A DNA stretch of 64,000 nt from IMG/VR virus record IMGVR_UViG_3300033072_000683, positions 1 to 64,000 of that record. The stretch is one strand, 5' to 3'. Below the pieces are notes generated by a model. It did no database searches. It worked only from the letters and a program-made list of their open reading frames with translations, and was not told the origin of the DNA. Source of the DNA: a virus. Taxonomy: Duplodnaviria > Caudoviricetes. The translations under genes were made by a program, and so were the position numbers. Shown here in pieces: positions 47,441 through 57,181 of this stretch (its first letter is position 1; each line of letters starts with the position of its first letter).

Positions 47441-48106
47441 ATGCAGATAATCAATAAGTTCGAATACAAACCACTTCAAAGGACAGAGGGAGAAGGAGGA
47501 CGTCGCTACATTGTCGGCGAAGGTCGTCCCTTACCTAGTGTCACAACAATTCTATCTAAAACCAAAGACATGACCCATATAAAAGAATGGGTTGCAAGAG
47601 TTGGTGAAGAAGAAGCAAACAAAATCAAGACAGAAGCCAGCGGTCTCGGCAATGGCATGCACAAGAATCTAGAAAACTATATTCTTGGCAATGAGATGGG
47701 TGGCTCGTTCATGGCTAAGACATTAGCCAATGTAATCATTAAGCATGGGTTGCCAAAGGTTAATGAAGTATGGGGCACAGAAGTTGCCTTATACGCTAAG
47801 GAACTCTATGCTGGCACAACCGACCTTATTGGTGTTCATGATGGTAAACCATCTATCATGGACTTTAAGAATAGTCTCCGTGACAAGAAAAAAGAGTGGA
47901 TCGAAGATTATTTCATGCAATTGGCTGCATATGCAATGGCCCATAACGAAATGTATGGTACTGACATTAATCGAGGTGTTGTCATGATTGCAACACGAGA
48001 AGCTAAATATCAGGAATTCATTATCGAAGGGGACGAATTTACACATTATCAAAAGATGTGGGCTGAGAAATTATGCGTCTATTATGATCGATACGGTCGA
48101 GACTAA
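47441..48106 (+). CDS. PD-(D/E)XK exonuclease (lambda-exo/Cas4-like fold)
   Basis: LPSVTTIL, GNGMH, YAGTTDLIG, IMDFKNS, QLAAYA. Confidence 0.88.
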   Translation: MQIINKFEYKPLQRTEGEGGRRYIVGEGRPLPSVTTILSKTKDMTHIKEWVARVGEEEANKIKTEASGLGNGMHKNLENYILGNEMGGSFMAKTLANVIIKHGLPKVNEVWGTEVALYAKELYAGTTDLIGVHDGKPSIMDFKNSLRDKKKEWIEDYFMQLAAYAMAHNEMYGTDINRGVVMIATREAKYQEFIIEGDEFTHYQKMWAEKLCVYYDRYGRD

Positions 48107-48129
48107 ATAAGTTCACAGAGGGAAAGAAT

Positions 48130-49203
48130 ATGGCAGCACCAGTAGTAGTTTCAAGAATTCAAAATAGAAGAGGAACACAGGATCAATTTGAAGCATTGTA
48201 TCCTGCTGAATACATCTCGGCCTCGGGGGCAAGTTCCTCAGGCGTCACTGTGACAGTTGCATCTACTGTCGGTGTTTATCAATATGCCAAGCCTTTTGTG
48301 CAGAGCGGAACAGGACAGTTTGCTCCAGGTACACAGGTTGTTTCTGTCGACTCCCCTACACAATTCACTGTTAATCTTCCACCCGTTGTGCCTCTGTCTG
48401 GCGCAACAGTTAAAATTTCGAAGTATAACGGTACAGGCGGTTGCCCAATTTCTGAATATCCTAATATTCTCCTGACCGGTGAATTAGCATTATGCACTGA
48501 CTCAAAGAGAATGTTTATGGGTAGCGTTAATGGCGAATACATTGAAATTTCTCCAGCATTTACTGATGGTATTTTCCTTTCGCCGCTAACTGTTACTTTG
48601 AATCCTACACCTACATATACAGTTATTCCTCAACTAACATATCAAGCAACACCATTTTTCAATTTGTTGTATGATATTACTGACGTTACAAGTCCGGACT
48701 GGAACGTAGTTGGCACAGGTTATTCACGTAGTGGAACTATGAAAATCACTGCAACAAATGATTTTGTTCCTATTCCTAATCCTCCCTTTCCGCCAATTAC
48801 TTCTGTGAGTCTAGTCGACGACGGAGTAGATATTAATTTATATTCAATGAAGGCAGTTTTATCTGCTTCGGTTTCTTCAGGTGCGGTTTCCGGTATTACT
48901 GTAATTAGACCCGGCGCCGGATATTTCGGTCCTACACCAAATATTATTATTGATCCGCCGCCGGCAGGAACTCAGGCCACAGCAGTACCTACCGTTTCCT
49001 CTGGCCAGGTCTCTTCAGTTGGTGTTACACTAGGTGGTTCGGGGTATTCGACACCACCTAATGTATATATTGACCCACCGGTTGATATAAACATTAGCTT
49101 CACCGCAGCCTATAATGGTGCTAATATTGAAATTTCGTATAAGCACGATTTTCCGGGCACTCTTACACTAAGTTCAAGCACAATTCGTTGGTTACCTTTC
49201 TAA
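48130..49203 (+). CDS. Tail fibre/tip-type virion protein (Mtd-like N-terminus)
   Basis: SRIQNRRG, LLTGELALCTDSKRMFMG, GAGY/GSGY repeats; CTAAATA at 48103-48109. Confidence 0.7.
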   Translation: MAAPVVVSRIQNRRGTQDQFEALYPAEYISASGASSSGVTVTVASTVGVYQYAKPFVQSGTGQFAPGTQVVSVDSPTQFTVNLPPVVPLSGATVKISKYNGTGGCPISEYPNILLTGELALCTDSKRMFMGSVNGEYIEISPAFTDGIFLSPLTVTLNPTPTYTVIPQLTYQATPFFNLLYDITDVTSPDWNVVGTGYSRSGTMKITATNDFVPIPNPPFPPITSVSLVDDGVDINLYSMKAVLSASVSSGAVSGITVIRPGAGYFGPTPNIIIDPPPAGTQATAVPTVSSGQVSSVGVTLGGSGYSTPPNVYIDPPVDINISFTAAYNGANIEISYKHDFPGTLTLSSSTIRWLPF

Positions 49204-49212
49204 GAGGATAAC

Positions 49213-49650
49213 ATGATTTGGAATGGAGTTTCTAATGAGGAACGCCTTCGTCTTTGGAAAAATCTAAGAAAAGATATCAAAGATGAGGATTTCCAACAAC
49301 AGCTTTCAAGTATTGCCAAATTTTATGCGGCAATGCCTTTTGGTGCCAGGACGCTAGACTATTACAGTCCTTCGGATTGGCCGACACCGTGGGAAATTTT
49401 ATTTCACGGTACCTTTTGCAAAAGTTCGATAAGTCTTTTGATCTTCTACACAGTCTTGATGGTTGCACCCAATCACAAGTTTGAAATTCATCTTGTTGAC
49501 GATAATGGCGAAATTTATCTATTGCCGGTATTTGATGACCAGTTTGTTTTAAACTACGAGTTGGGTGTGGTAAGTAACTATCTAGATATTAAAAAAGATC
49601 TTCAAATTCTTCAAGTCTTCCCTCAGGGACGTATAAAAACAATTACATAG
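49213..49650 (+). CDS. Hypothetical protein
   Basis: DYYSPSDWPTPWEIL; AGAGG SD. Confidence 0.75.
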   Translation: MIWNGVSNEERLRLWKNLRKDIKDEDFQQQLSSIAKFYAAMPFGARTLDYYSPSDWPTPWEILFHGTFCKSSISLLIFYTVLMVAPNHKFEIHLVDDNGEIYLLPVFDDQFVLNYELGVVSNYLDIKKDLQILQVFPQGRIKTIT

Positions 49651-49663
49651 AGAGAAAAGTTAT

Positions 49664-51874
49664 ATGGCAAGTAAAGAGATTATGGTAGAAAAGCGTGATG
49701 GTACAAAAGAACCATACGATGTTTCTAAAATCAAGAAATCAATTCACATGGCAGCTGAGGGGCAAGACGTAAATCCACTTGAGCTTGAGTCAAAATTTGA
49801 TCAATTTCTAAAGAATGGTATTAAGACACGAGACATTCAATTGAATGTTATTCAGCATGCTATTCAATTGGCAACACCACAAGCCCCCGATTGGGTGAAC
49901 GTTGCTGGCCGCGCCCTTGCAATGGATGAATGGGCAAATTTTCCTTTACGTGGAAAATCTTTTAAGGAAGTAGTACATTATAATGTCGAGAAGGGTTTCT
50001 ATACAAAAGATCTTCTCGACATTTATTCTGACGACAATCTTGAAGAACTCGGTGCCGCCATTAAGATGAGCTGTGACCTCGACTATAGCTATGCCAGCCT
50101 GATTACTGCAAAGAAGAAGTACCTTGGTAAATTCGAACTGAATCAGCATATGCACATGGTAAATGCAATGCGTTTTGGCCAGAACGAGCCGAGCGAGACC
50201 AGAATCAAGTTTGTTAAGGAAGTGTATAATGCACTTTCTCAGCGCAAAATCTCTCTAGCTACTCCATTCCTTGCGAATCTTCGCAAAGGAGGAAACGTAG
50301 CATCCTGCTTCATTATCGCCGTTGAAGATGATATTGATAGCATTTTTGATAATGTCAAACGAGTTGCTCTTATTTCTAAGAATGGCGGTGGTTTGGGAAT
50401 TTTCCTTGGATATCTACGTGCTAAGGGATCCGATGTTAACGGTTACACAAACGCTGCTGGAACAGTTGTTCAATGGATTAAGATTCTAAACGATACTCTT
50501 GTTGCGGTTAATCAGGGCGGTAAGAGAGCAGGTGCAGGAACAATTGCACTTCCTATCTGGCATAACGACGTTCTTGACTTCTTGGATATGCAGACAGAAC
50601 ACGGCGACCCAAGAATGAAGGCATATGATATTTTCCCTCAGATCTGTGTCCCTGATATTTTTATGGAAAGAGATGCAAACAGAGAGCCCTGGGTAACATT
50701 CTGCCCGTTTGAGGTAAAGAAGAAGCTCGGCATTGATGTTCGTGGTCTACACGGACAGGCATTTACTGAAGCCTATCTAAGAATTGAAAAGGCGGCCGAA
50801 AACGGAACCTTAGCAATTACACGTAAGTTTGATAATGCACGCGATCTAATGAAAATCATTATGCGTGTTCAATTCGAAACAGGATTGCCATATATTGCGT
50901 TTACAGATACAATCAACGAATACAATCCTAACAAGGGTGACGACAATGGACACGTTGGCATTCCGTGCGTAAATCTTTGCACCGAATCCTTCTCTAACGT
51001 CAAGCCAGACGAATTGGGTCACGTATGTAATCTAGCCTCCATTGTTCTAGGTAATATCAAGGATTTCAAGGAGCTAGCGAAGATTTCGTCCTTAACAACA
51101 AAAATTCTTGATTATGGGATTAGTTTAACAAATGCGCCTGACAAGATTACTGCTGAACACAACAATCGTTATCGCACTATTGGTATTGGTCTACAAGGCC
51201 TACACGATCACCTCGCTAGAGAATATCTCAACTTTCGAGACCTGGACTACATCAGAGAAATTGCTGAGTGTGTTGAATACAATGCTGCACTCGCCAGCGT
51301 CGAACTCGCCAAGAGATTCGGCTCATTTGGTGCATTCGACAAGTCAGAGTGGAAAAACGGAAATAGAGTTGCAAAATTCAAAGAGCACGCCTCCGGAAAA
51401 TACGACTGGGAATTCTTGCAAGAACAAATCAACTTGTACGGAATCAGAAACAGTCAATTGACAAGTCCTGCTCCTAATACCAGCACCTCGATTTACATGG
51501 ATTCGAGCGCAAGCGTTTTACCTGTTTATGATGCATTCTTCTCTGAAGACAATAAGAACGGTAAATTGGTTGTTGTTGCTAAGTATCTGAAGGACAATCC
51601 TCTGGCATATGGCAAGACATTCCCGAAGCATACCGCTACTGAAATTATTGATGTAGTGTCTGAATTGCAGAAGTTCATTGACACCGGTTGCTCTATGGAG
51701 TTAATATTTGACCAACGTAAAGAGAACTTTAATGCAAAAGAGCTCTACGATGCAATTCATTATGCTCATAAGAAAGGCATCAAGGCAATTTATTACATCA
51801 GAGCCATCAAGAAAAACGCAAAGGTTGATGAGCCCATGAAGGCAGAGGAAAACTGTGTCGCATGTGCAGGATAA
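49664..51874 (+). CDS. nrdA: Class I ribonucleotide reductase alpha subunit with N-terminal ATP-cone
   Basis: VEKRDG ATP-cone, ASCF, GGGLG, PCVNLCTE, VCNLAS, SPAPNTSTS, IYYIR, CVACAG. Confidence 0.96.
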   Translation: MASKEIMVEKRDGTKEPYDVSKIKKSIHMAAEGQDVNPLELESKFDQFLKNGIKTRDIQLNVIQHAIQLATPQAPDWVNVAGRALAMDEWANFPLRGKSFKEVVHYNVEKGFYTKDLLDIYSDDNLEELGAAIKMSCDLDYSYASLITAKKKYLGKFELNQHMHMVNAMRFGQNEPSETRIKFVKEVYNALSQRKISLATPFLANLRKGGNVASCFIIAVEDDIDSIFDNVKRVALISKNGGGLGIFLGYLRAKGSDVNGYTNAAGTVVQWIKILNDTLVAVNQGGKRAGAGTIALPIWHNDVLDFLDMQTEHGDPRMKAYDIFPQICVPDIFMERDANREPWVTFCPFEVKKKLGIDVRGLHGQAFTEAYLRIEKAAENGTLAITRKFDNARDLMKIIMRVQFETGLPYIAFTDTINEYNPNKGDDNGHVGIPCVNLCTESFSNVKPDELGHVCNLASIVLGNIKDFKELAKISSLTTKILDYGISLTNAPDKITAEHNNRYRTIGIGLQGLHDHLAREYLNFRDLDYIREIAECVEYNAALASVELAKRFGSFGAFDKSEWKNGNRVAKFKEHASGKYDWEFLQEQINLYGIRNSQLTSPAPNTSTSIYMDSSASVLPVYDAFFSEDNKNGKLVVVAKYLKDNPLAYGKTFPKHTATEIIDVVSELQKFIDTGCSMELIFDQRKENFNAKELYDAIHYAHKKGIKAIYYIRAIKKNAKVDEPMKAEENCVACAG

Positions 51875-52034
51875 ACAAATAACGAAATTAGTCGTTACAA
51901 AAAGATATTGGGATACCCTTACTGAAGAACAGCAGAAAGAAATGCGCGAGTTCTACAGCGGGTATCCAGGAATGTTCAAATTATACGTCGAGGAAATAGA
52001 TGACGACCGAACTGACACACAAGAAAGTATTTAA
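51855..52034 (+). CDS. Possible 59-aa protein bridging nrdA and nrdB
   Basis: GTG with GAGGA SD; open frame covers the 125-nt gap and overlaps both genes. Confidence 0.35.
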   Translation: MSHVQDKQITKLVVTKRYWDTLTEEQQKEMREFYSGYPGMFKLYVEEIDDDRTDTQESI

Positions 52035-53019
52035 TGAATTAGGAGACGACTCCACAACAGCACGTAGTCTTATTAATGGTAACGCCACTGGTATTCTTAA
52101 CCTAAACAGTGTTAAATATCAATGGGCGCCAAAGTTGTATAAGATTATGGTAAACAACTTCTGGATCCCTGAAAAAATTTCTTTGGTAGATGACAAGGTT
52201 ACTATCAAGGAACTAACTAAGGACGAAATGGATGCATTTAAGAACACTCTTTCGTTCTTAATTGCTTTAGATAGTATGCAGGTTGCCAATCTGCCAAATA
52301 TTGCAGATTATATTACTGCACCCGAAGTTAGTGGTTTGTTTACAATTCAAGCATTTCAAGAACTGATTCACTCTCAGTCATATCAATATCTTCTACAAGA
52401 ACTGTTTCCAAACATTGAACGTGAAGATATTTATAACCACTGGAGAAACAATCCGTTACTGCTAAAGCGCAATAGATTCATTGCTGGGCAATACCAGAAG
52501 TTCAACGACGACAAGTCAATGGAAAACTTCAAGATTGCTATTGCAGCAGACTATGCACTTGAAGGCATTTATTTCTATAACGGATTCCAGTTCTTCTATC
52601 AGCTGGCGGCTCGCAATAAGGTCGCAAACGTTGCTAAAATGATCAAATATATTGAGAACGACGAGGTAACTCATGTCAATATGTTTGCTAATCTGATTAG
52701 AGAAACATTTGATCTGGATAACGCCAGTGATAGACAAATTCTACTCGATAACATTGTTGAGGCAGCTGAGCAAGAGATTGAGTGGGGTAAGGAAATTTAC
52801 GGTGATAGAATTCTCGGAATTTCTCAACAAAGCACAGAGGATTACGTTAAGTACCTCACAAACCAAAGAACTAAAATTATCGGCCTTGGCACAGTGTACA
52901 AGGGTTATACCAAGAACCCATATGAATACCTAAACGCAGAGAAGAGGGAAAACTTCTTCGAAACTAAGGTAACAGAGTACAGCCGTTCTGAAGCCGTAGA
53001 CGGATGGGACGATTTCTAA
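52000..53019 (+). CDS. nrdB: Class Ia ribonucleotide reductase beta subunit
   Basis: FWIPEKI, ALDSMQ, FQELIHSQSY (radical Tyr), LEGIYFY, NDEVTH. Confidence 0.95.
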   Translation: MTTELTHKKVFNELGDDSTTARSLINGNATGILNLNSVKYQWAPKLYKIMVNNFWIPEKISLVDDKVTIKELTKDEMDAFKNTLSFLIALDSMQVANLPNIADYITAPEVSGLFTIQAFQELIHSQSYQYLLQELFPNIEREDIYNHWRNNPLLLKRNRFIAGQYQKFNDDKSMENFKIAIAADYALEGIYFYNGFQFFYQLAARNKVANVAKMIKYIENDEVTHVNMFANLIRETFDLDNASDRQILLDNIVEAAEQEIEWGKEIYGDRILGISQQSTEDYVKYLTNQRTKIIGLGTVYKGYTKNPYEYLNAEKRENFFETKVTEYSRSEAVDGWDDF

Positions 53020-53330
53020 TGCTACTACAAAAACAGACACTACCATATATTCGCGTTTTCAAACTCGTCACAGGTGAAGAAATTATCACCAAGGTGACAG
53101 CCGAGGACGAAAAGCAATACACCATCGAAAAACCATTGCAAATGGGTATGACGCAGAGAGGCTTGCAATTTGCACCTACTGTGATTATGATGGACCCGGA
53201 CAAGGCAGTTGATTTGCCTAAGGATAAGGTTGTATTGCAAGGCCCGGCCATGCCCGAGGTTGAGAGCCAATACGAATCCATTACCACCGGAATTGCGCTA
53301 CCACAGAAAAGCTCAATCCTAAAAGCTTAA
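53019..53330 (+). CDS. Small Sm/SH3-like beta-barrel protein of T4-like phages
   Basis: VFKLVTGEEIITKV...IEKP. Confidence 0.65.
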   Translation: MLLQKQTLPYIRVFKLVTGEEIITKVTAEDEKQYTIEKPLQMGMTQRGLQFAPTVIMMDPDKAVDLPKDKVVLQGPAMPEVESQYESITTGIALPQKSSILKA

Positions 53331-53347
53331 ACACACAAGGAAAAATC

Positions 53348-53548
53348 ATGCCAACAAGAACTGCACCAAGAACACCGTACGAAATCAGACTAGAATTGCT
53401 ACAATTGGCATTCGATGTACTGAAGGCAAAGCATGCAGCAGCAGGCGTTGCAAACGGTAACAACCAAACAACTTCTCCAACCACTGAAGAAGTTATTGCT
53501 GAAGCCGATAAGATGAACGCATTCGTCTCCAAAGCCAATCAGCATTAA
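53348..53548 (+). CDS. Small hypothetical protein
   Basis: PYEIRLELLQLA...PTTEEVIAEADKMNAFVS; AAGGA SD. Confidence 0.75.
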   Translation: MPTRTAPRTPYEIRLELLQLAFDVLKAKHAAAGVANGNNQTTSPTTEEVIAEADKMNAFVSKANQH

Positions 53549-53577
53549 TTGACAATCCGGCTAGGTGTTGCTAATAT
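53549..53577 (+). promoter_or_regulatory. sigma70-type promoter
   Basis: TTGACA-N17-TAATAT; the ORF-track TTG start at 53549 is this -35 box. Confidence 0.75.
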
Positions 53578-53584
53578 AGCACTG

Positions 53585-54364
53585 ATGCCGGATTCTCACA
53601 TGCGTAAGATTTTCAAAAGACTCTCCCACTGGTTACATTTCCAACCTCCTGGTGCGATGACATCAAAGGGGTGGAGACTCTTTAGAAAAGAGTTTCGTGA
53701 GAAAGCCCCTATACGTTATTGGATCACCAATGACTTTAGGCACAAGGTTACACTTCCGATCCGTTGGAAATACGAGGCAGTGCGAGACTGGATTCGTTAC
53801 CGTACATACGACAGATACCATGTGGTCAACACAGGATTACCTCCGGGATATTACGGTGCGGAAAAGCAATTGTTGCATTCGAGCTTCAATATTCTAAAAG
53901 ACTTTGTTGAAGTAGAATTAGCTTGGATGCACTATATGTGGTCCGATGAAAGAAAGAACGCAAGTTGGTGTGAAAAGCATCTTCCGTTCTATCGTTTCTT
54001 TAAACCTTTTCGCAGTCGCGAACACGGTCTAGCCCATTTGAATTGGGCTGCAACACTGGATGACCCAAATCTTCCACCGCACGAAAGATGTGATCATCAG
54101 GCAGTAAGTGCAAGAGAGATCAGAGAATTGTACCTCTGGTGGGTCGACACAGTTCCTGCAAGAAAAGAAGTTGATGGCGGCACCTACGATCATCAAGGTT
54201 GTGATATGGGTCCTCTTGATGACGATTTTAATCACGATGCGGAAGACTATAAGAAATTCCGCGAAGCAATGGACGCCAACGAAAAACTATCCGAAGAATG
54301 GAACGAAGAGGACACTCAGATGTTCATCCGTTTGGTAAAAGTCAGAGCACATCTATGGACATAA
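53585..54364 (+). CDS. Hypothetical protein (Trp/Arg-rich)
   Basis: ORF downstream of promoter; start ATG 53585 or 53600. Confidence 0.7.
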   Translation: MPDSHMRKIFKRLSHWLHFQPPGAMTSKGWRLFRKEFREKAPIRYWITNDFRHKVTLPIRWKYEAVRDWIRYRTYDRYHVVNTGLPPGYYGAEKQLLHSSFNILKDFVEVELAWMHYMWSDERKNASWCEKHLPFYRFFKPFRSREHGLAHLNWAATLDDPNLPPHERCDHQAVSAREIRELYLWWVDTVPARKEVDGGTYDHQGCDMGPLDDDFNHDAEDYKKFREAMDANEKLSEEWNEEDTQMFIRLVKVRAHLWT

Positions 54365-54723
54365 GCCTGGAAAAAGATATGAAGGCGGATCCGCAAATTA
54401 TTTCGCTTTGCGGTGAAGAAGAAGTTGCCAGAGATTTCTACAGGGCATTATGTAATATGCGCTGGAGAAAAACTGATTATCGAGCCGAGGATGAGCAAAT
54501 TATTGATAGGCTCAAAGGTGAGGATCCGGATGTCTGGAGTTGCTCGTGGCGTTATGCCGGGGGTATAATTGCAGATATACGCAATGACCACCACGGTAAA
54601 AACGAAGATTACATGGATTTCTATTGCTCCGGCAATGAAGGTAATGTAACCGAATTAGTAGATAAACATTTTGAAAGATTGGGCTGGCAACAGCATCCAT
54701 GGCCCGATGATGACAGATTATGA
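54355..54723 (+). CDS. Hypothetical protein
   Basis: FYRALCN, WSCSWRYAGGIIAD, YMDFYCSG. Confidence 0.7.
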   Translation: MDISLEKDMKADPQIISLCGEEEVARDFYRALCNMRWRKTDYRAEDEQIIDRLKGEDPDVWSCSWRYAGGIIADIRNDHHGKNEDYMDFYCSGNEGNVTELVDKHFERLGWQQHPWPDDDRL

Positions 54724-55487
54724 CACACACATTGGAAAAACATGTTAGAGATAATTTTGACGGTATGCTTGTCATTGCTGACCTTCACGGTGACTATGAA
54801 TCCTATGCTCGTGCTGCAAGCTTTGCCGAAAATAATGGATTATTTCTTCTCTCGCTTGGTGACTTAGTCGACCGAGGTCCCTCCCCTTTTGAGGTTGTTT
54901 CCGACATGCATAGACGCATGGTTGCCGGCACGGCAGGCCTCTGCATCGGTAATCACGACGATAAGTTCCGCAGATACTATAGAGGTTCGAAGGTAAGCTT
55001 CTCGCTTGATGCTCGCAGGACTATGGAGTCGGTGGGCGAAGAGCGTATGAATGACTTCCTTAGGATGTACACCGAGATGATCGAAATGCCTGTGCTTTCG
55101 GGCATGTATCATATCTTTGGCGACTATATCTTTGTGCATGCTGCAAGCCATCCATGCATGTGGGAAAATACAGAACGATTTGGCGATACCGCACGTTCTA
55201 GAGCTTTGTTTGGCGAAACAAACGGTGAAACCTACGACGACGGATATCCGGTACGTTTGTACAATTGGGTTGATGAAATTCCAATAGGTAGAACTGTTGT
55301 GGTTGGCCATGACAAAATGGCTGTGTTCAATGTTCCTTTGATGTCTCCGCTTACTAGGCTAAATGCAAACGGGGGCAAGGCGATCTTTATGGACACAGGT
55401 TGCGGTAAGGGCGGTTTCCTTACCGGGGCTGTATTTGTAAATCACAAAGGAAAATTTCGTCTCGAATCCTTCGAGGAGTTCAAATGA
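54720..55487 (+). CDS. Calcineurin-like metallophosphoesterase, PrpE/Pnkp-phosphatase-like
   Basis: DLHGD, GDLVDRG, GNHD, FVHA, LFGETNG...YPVR, VVGHD, DTGC. Confidence 0.88.
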   Translation: MTHTLEKHVRDNFDGMLVIADLHGDYESYARAASFAENNGLFLLSLGDLVDRGPSPFEVVSDMHRRMVAGTAGLCIGNHDDKFRRYYRGSKVSFSLDARRTMESVGEERMNDFLRMYTEMIEMPVLSGMYHIFGDYIFVHAASHPCMWENTERFGDTARSRALFGETNGETYDDGYPVRLYNWVDEIPIGRTVVVGHDKMAVFNVPLMSPLTRLNANGGKAIFMDTGCGKGGFLTGAVFVNHKGKFRLESFEEFK

Positions 55488-56071
55488 TTAAGGGTAAGCT
55501 GGAACCGTTTTTTGAAACCGGAACCGAAGGGACCATCTGGTCTGTCTACGAGGACGGCAAGGAAGGGTATGACGGTCTTCACTGTCTTGAATATGGCGAC
55601 TTCTTGAGGATCTTCGATCCCGAGGACAACACAAAGGTAATTTGGGAAGGTCGGATAGATTACGATTGGGACATTAACTTTCGTTCCTATCCGATGAACC
55701 CAAAGTACGGCCAACAGGAAGTTCTTGGCTTCTGGGTCCACGGAATTCAAAAGGATGTTAAGCCTGAAGATTGGGGTACATGGTTCTTTAAGCAATATCC
55801 TGCAGAGATGGAAAGATCCAACATTGGTCACTTCTATCCTTTGAAGAGTTCTAGCATTGCTGCATATTGCTGGAAAGGAGATGGCGGCCTCTACAACGAA
55901 GGCACAGCCGGTGACCTTATCGTAAAATTTAAGAACGGTGGATACTACAGATACAAGGATGTTCCTCCTAGTGTGTTTTGGGAGTTTGAACGTGCCGAGT
56001 CTCACGGAAAGTATTTCTACAAAAACATAAAAGACAAATACGTCACGGAGAAGATAGAATTAGATGGATAA
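55484..56071 (+). CDS. Two-domain protein with C-terminal KTSC domain
   Basis: SSSI...LIVKFKNGGYYRYKDVP...AESHGKYFYKNIKDKY. Confidence 0.8.
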   Translation: MIKGKLEPFFETGTEGTIWSVYEDGKEGYDGLHCLEYGDFLRIFDPEDNTKVIWEGRIDYDWDINFRSYPMNPKYGQQEVLGFWVHGIQKDVKPEDWGTWFFKQYPAEMERSNIGHFYPLKSSSIAAYCWKGDGGLYNEGTAGDLIVKFKNGGYYRYKDVPPSVFWEFERAESHGKYFYKNIKDKYVTEKIELDG

Positions 56072-56495
56072 AGGCATAATTGGTATTACAGCCGGTAGTT
56101 TCGACCTAACACACGCCGGCCACTTTCTAATGTTTGAAGAGTGTAAAGGTCAATGCGATTATCTAATCGTATGCTTACAAACAAACCCCAACCTTGACAG
56201 GCCAGATAAAAATATTCCTGTTCAAAGTACACATGAACGCTACCTCCAGGTTCGTACCTGCAAATATGTGGATGAGGTAGTGGTTTACGAGACTGAGCAA
56301 GACCTCTACAATCTGCTTTGTTCTATTAAGTTTGACAAAAGATTCATTGGTGCCGATTGGGAAGGAAAACCGTACACAGGGTTTGATATTCCGGGAATGG
56401 CACAGAAGGTTATATTTAACTCAAGGAATCACGGATTTTCGACAAGTAATTTACGCAAGAGGGTATATGAAGCCGAAAGAGCAAAACTTGGATAA
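56064..56495 (+). CDS. Glycerol-3-phosphate cytidylyltransferase (TagD)-like
   Basis: AGSFDLTHAGH, KNIPVQS..ER, YVDEV, RNHGFSTS. Confidence 0.85.
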   Translation: MDKGIIGITAGSFDLTHAGHFLMFEECKGQCDYLIVCLQTNPNLDRPDKNIPVQSTHERYLQVRTCKYVDEVVVYETEQDLYNLLCSIKFDKRFIGADWEGKPYTGFDIPGMAQKVIFNSRNHGFSTSNLRKRVYEAERAKLG

Positions 56496-56616
56496 GCCGA
56501 AGGGTGTTCCGGAACCTGTAGCAATTCCAGAAGATGAAAACTTTGATGATTATCTCGAATGGACTGCTGAGGAAGAAGAAGCATTCCTAAAGATTCTCAA
56601 CGAAGATAACGAATGA
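56467..56616 (+). CDS. Small acidic hypothetical protein
   Basis: ATG 56467 with GAGG SD. Confidence 0.45.
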   Translation: MKPKEQNLDKPKGVPEPVAIPEDENFDDYLEWTAEEEEAFLKILNEDNE

Positions 56617-56756
56617 TTGCTTTCCTACTGATACTATTGGGTCTTTTTCTTGCACCGATAGTAGCAGCATCGCCTTTCTATTTTTATTACGAACACAAAG
56701 ATAAAAAGGAAAGAGAAGCCGTGTTGATTGTTCAGAAACTGCGCGGATATAAATGA
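56613..56756 (+). CDS. Small membrane protein, 47 aa
   Basis: ATGA overlap both ends; MIAFLLILLGLFLAPIVAASPF... Confidence 0.55.
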   Translation: MIAFLLILLGLFLAPIVAASPFYFYYEHKDKKEREAVLIVQKLRGYK

Positions 56757-57097
56757 AGATTCTAAAATTTATTGGTTGGTGGTGGACTAGTCTTGGCACC
56801 GTCAATCAATGGGGCATTGGTATATCGTCAACACTGGTGACGTCTCTTATCGGAGCATTTCTTTTTGGTCCGAAATTTCTTCTGGCAATTCTATCTCTTG
56901 CGCTGATGTTCCTGTTTTGCATAATGATCTATGCAATTTATAGGCTGGTCGAACAGAAGTGGAGTGAGTACAATCAGTATCTTGATTCTGAGCAACAAGA
57001 GGTGGTAGATAGATTGCGCGGATATACAGGCGGTATAGATCCTCCCACTGCATCGGAGCTTCTTGCAAAAATTCGTAAGCGTCAAGGTAAAGTTTGA
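56753..57097 (+). CDS. Membrane protein (two hydrophobic segments)
   Basis: Hydrophobic stretches at residues ~15-65. Confidence 0.65.
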   Translation: MKILKFIGWWWTSLGTVNQWGIGISSTLVTSLIGAFLFGPKFLLAILSLALMFLFCIMIYAIYRLVEQKWSEYNQYLDSEQQEVVDRLRGYTGGIDPPTASELLAKIRKRQGKV

Positions 57098-57133
57098 CCT
57101 AAAACACACAAGCCTTACACTAAAGGCTAAATA
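57094..57133 (+). promoter_or_regulatory. Tandem sigma70-like (TTGACC-N16-TACACT) and late-like (CTAAATA) promoters
   Basis: Seen upstream of nadM-Nudix. Confidence 0.5.
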
Positions 57134-57181
57134 CTTACAGCAGAGAGACTGCTAACTTCAATAACTATTTGGGAGCCAAAT

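Noticed and set aside
47441-48106. Cas4-like nuclease suggesting a CRISPR locus
   Set aside because: No repeat-spacer array or other cas genes seen; stand-alone PD-(D/E)XK exonucleases are common in phages
20811-53019. Inteins or group I introns in terL, uvsX, helicase, nrdA, nrdB
   Set aside because: Protein lengths are ordinary, motifs are contiguous, and no Hint/LAGLIDADG/HNH signatures were seen
53549-53584. TTG start given by the ORF track
   Set aside because: Coincides with the TTGACA -35 box of a well-spaced promoter, so translation must start downstream
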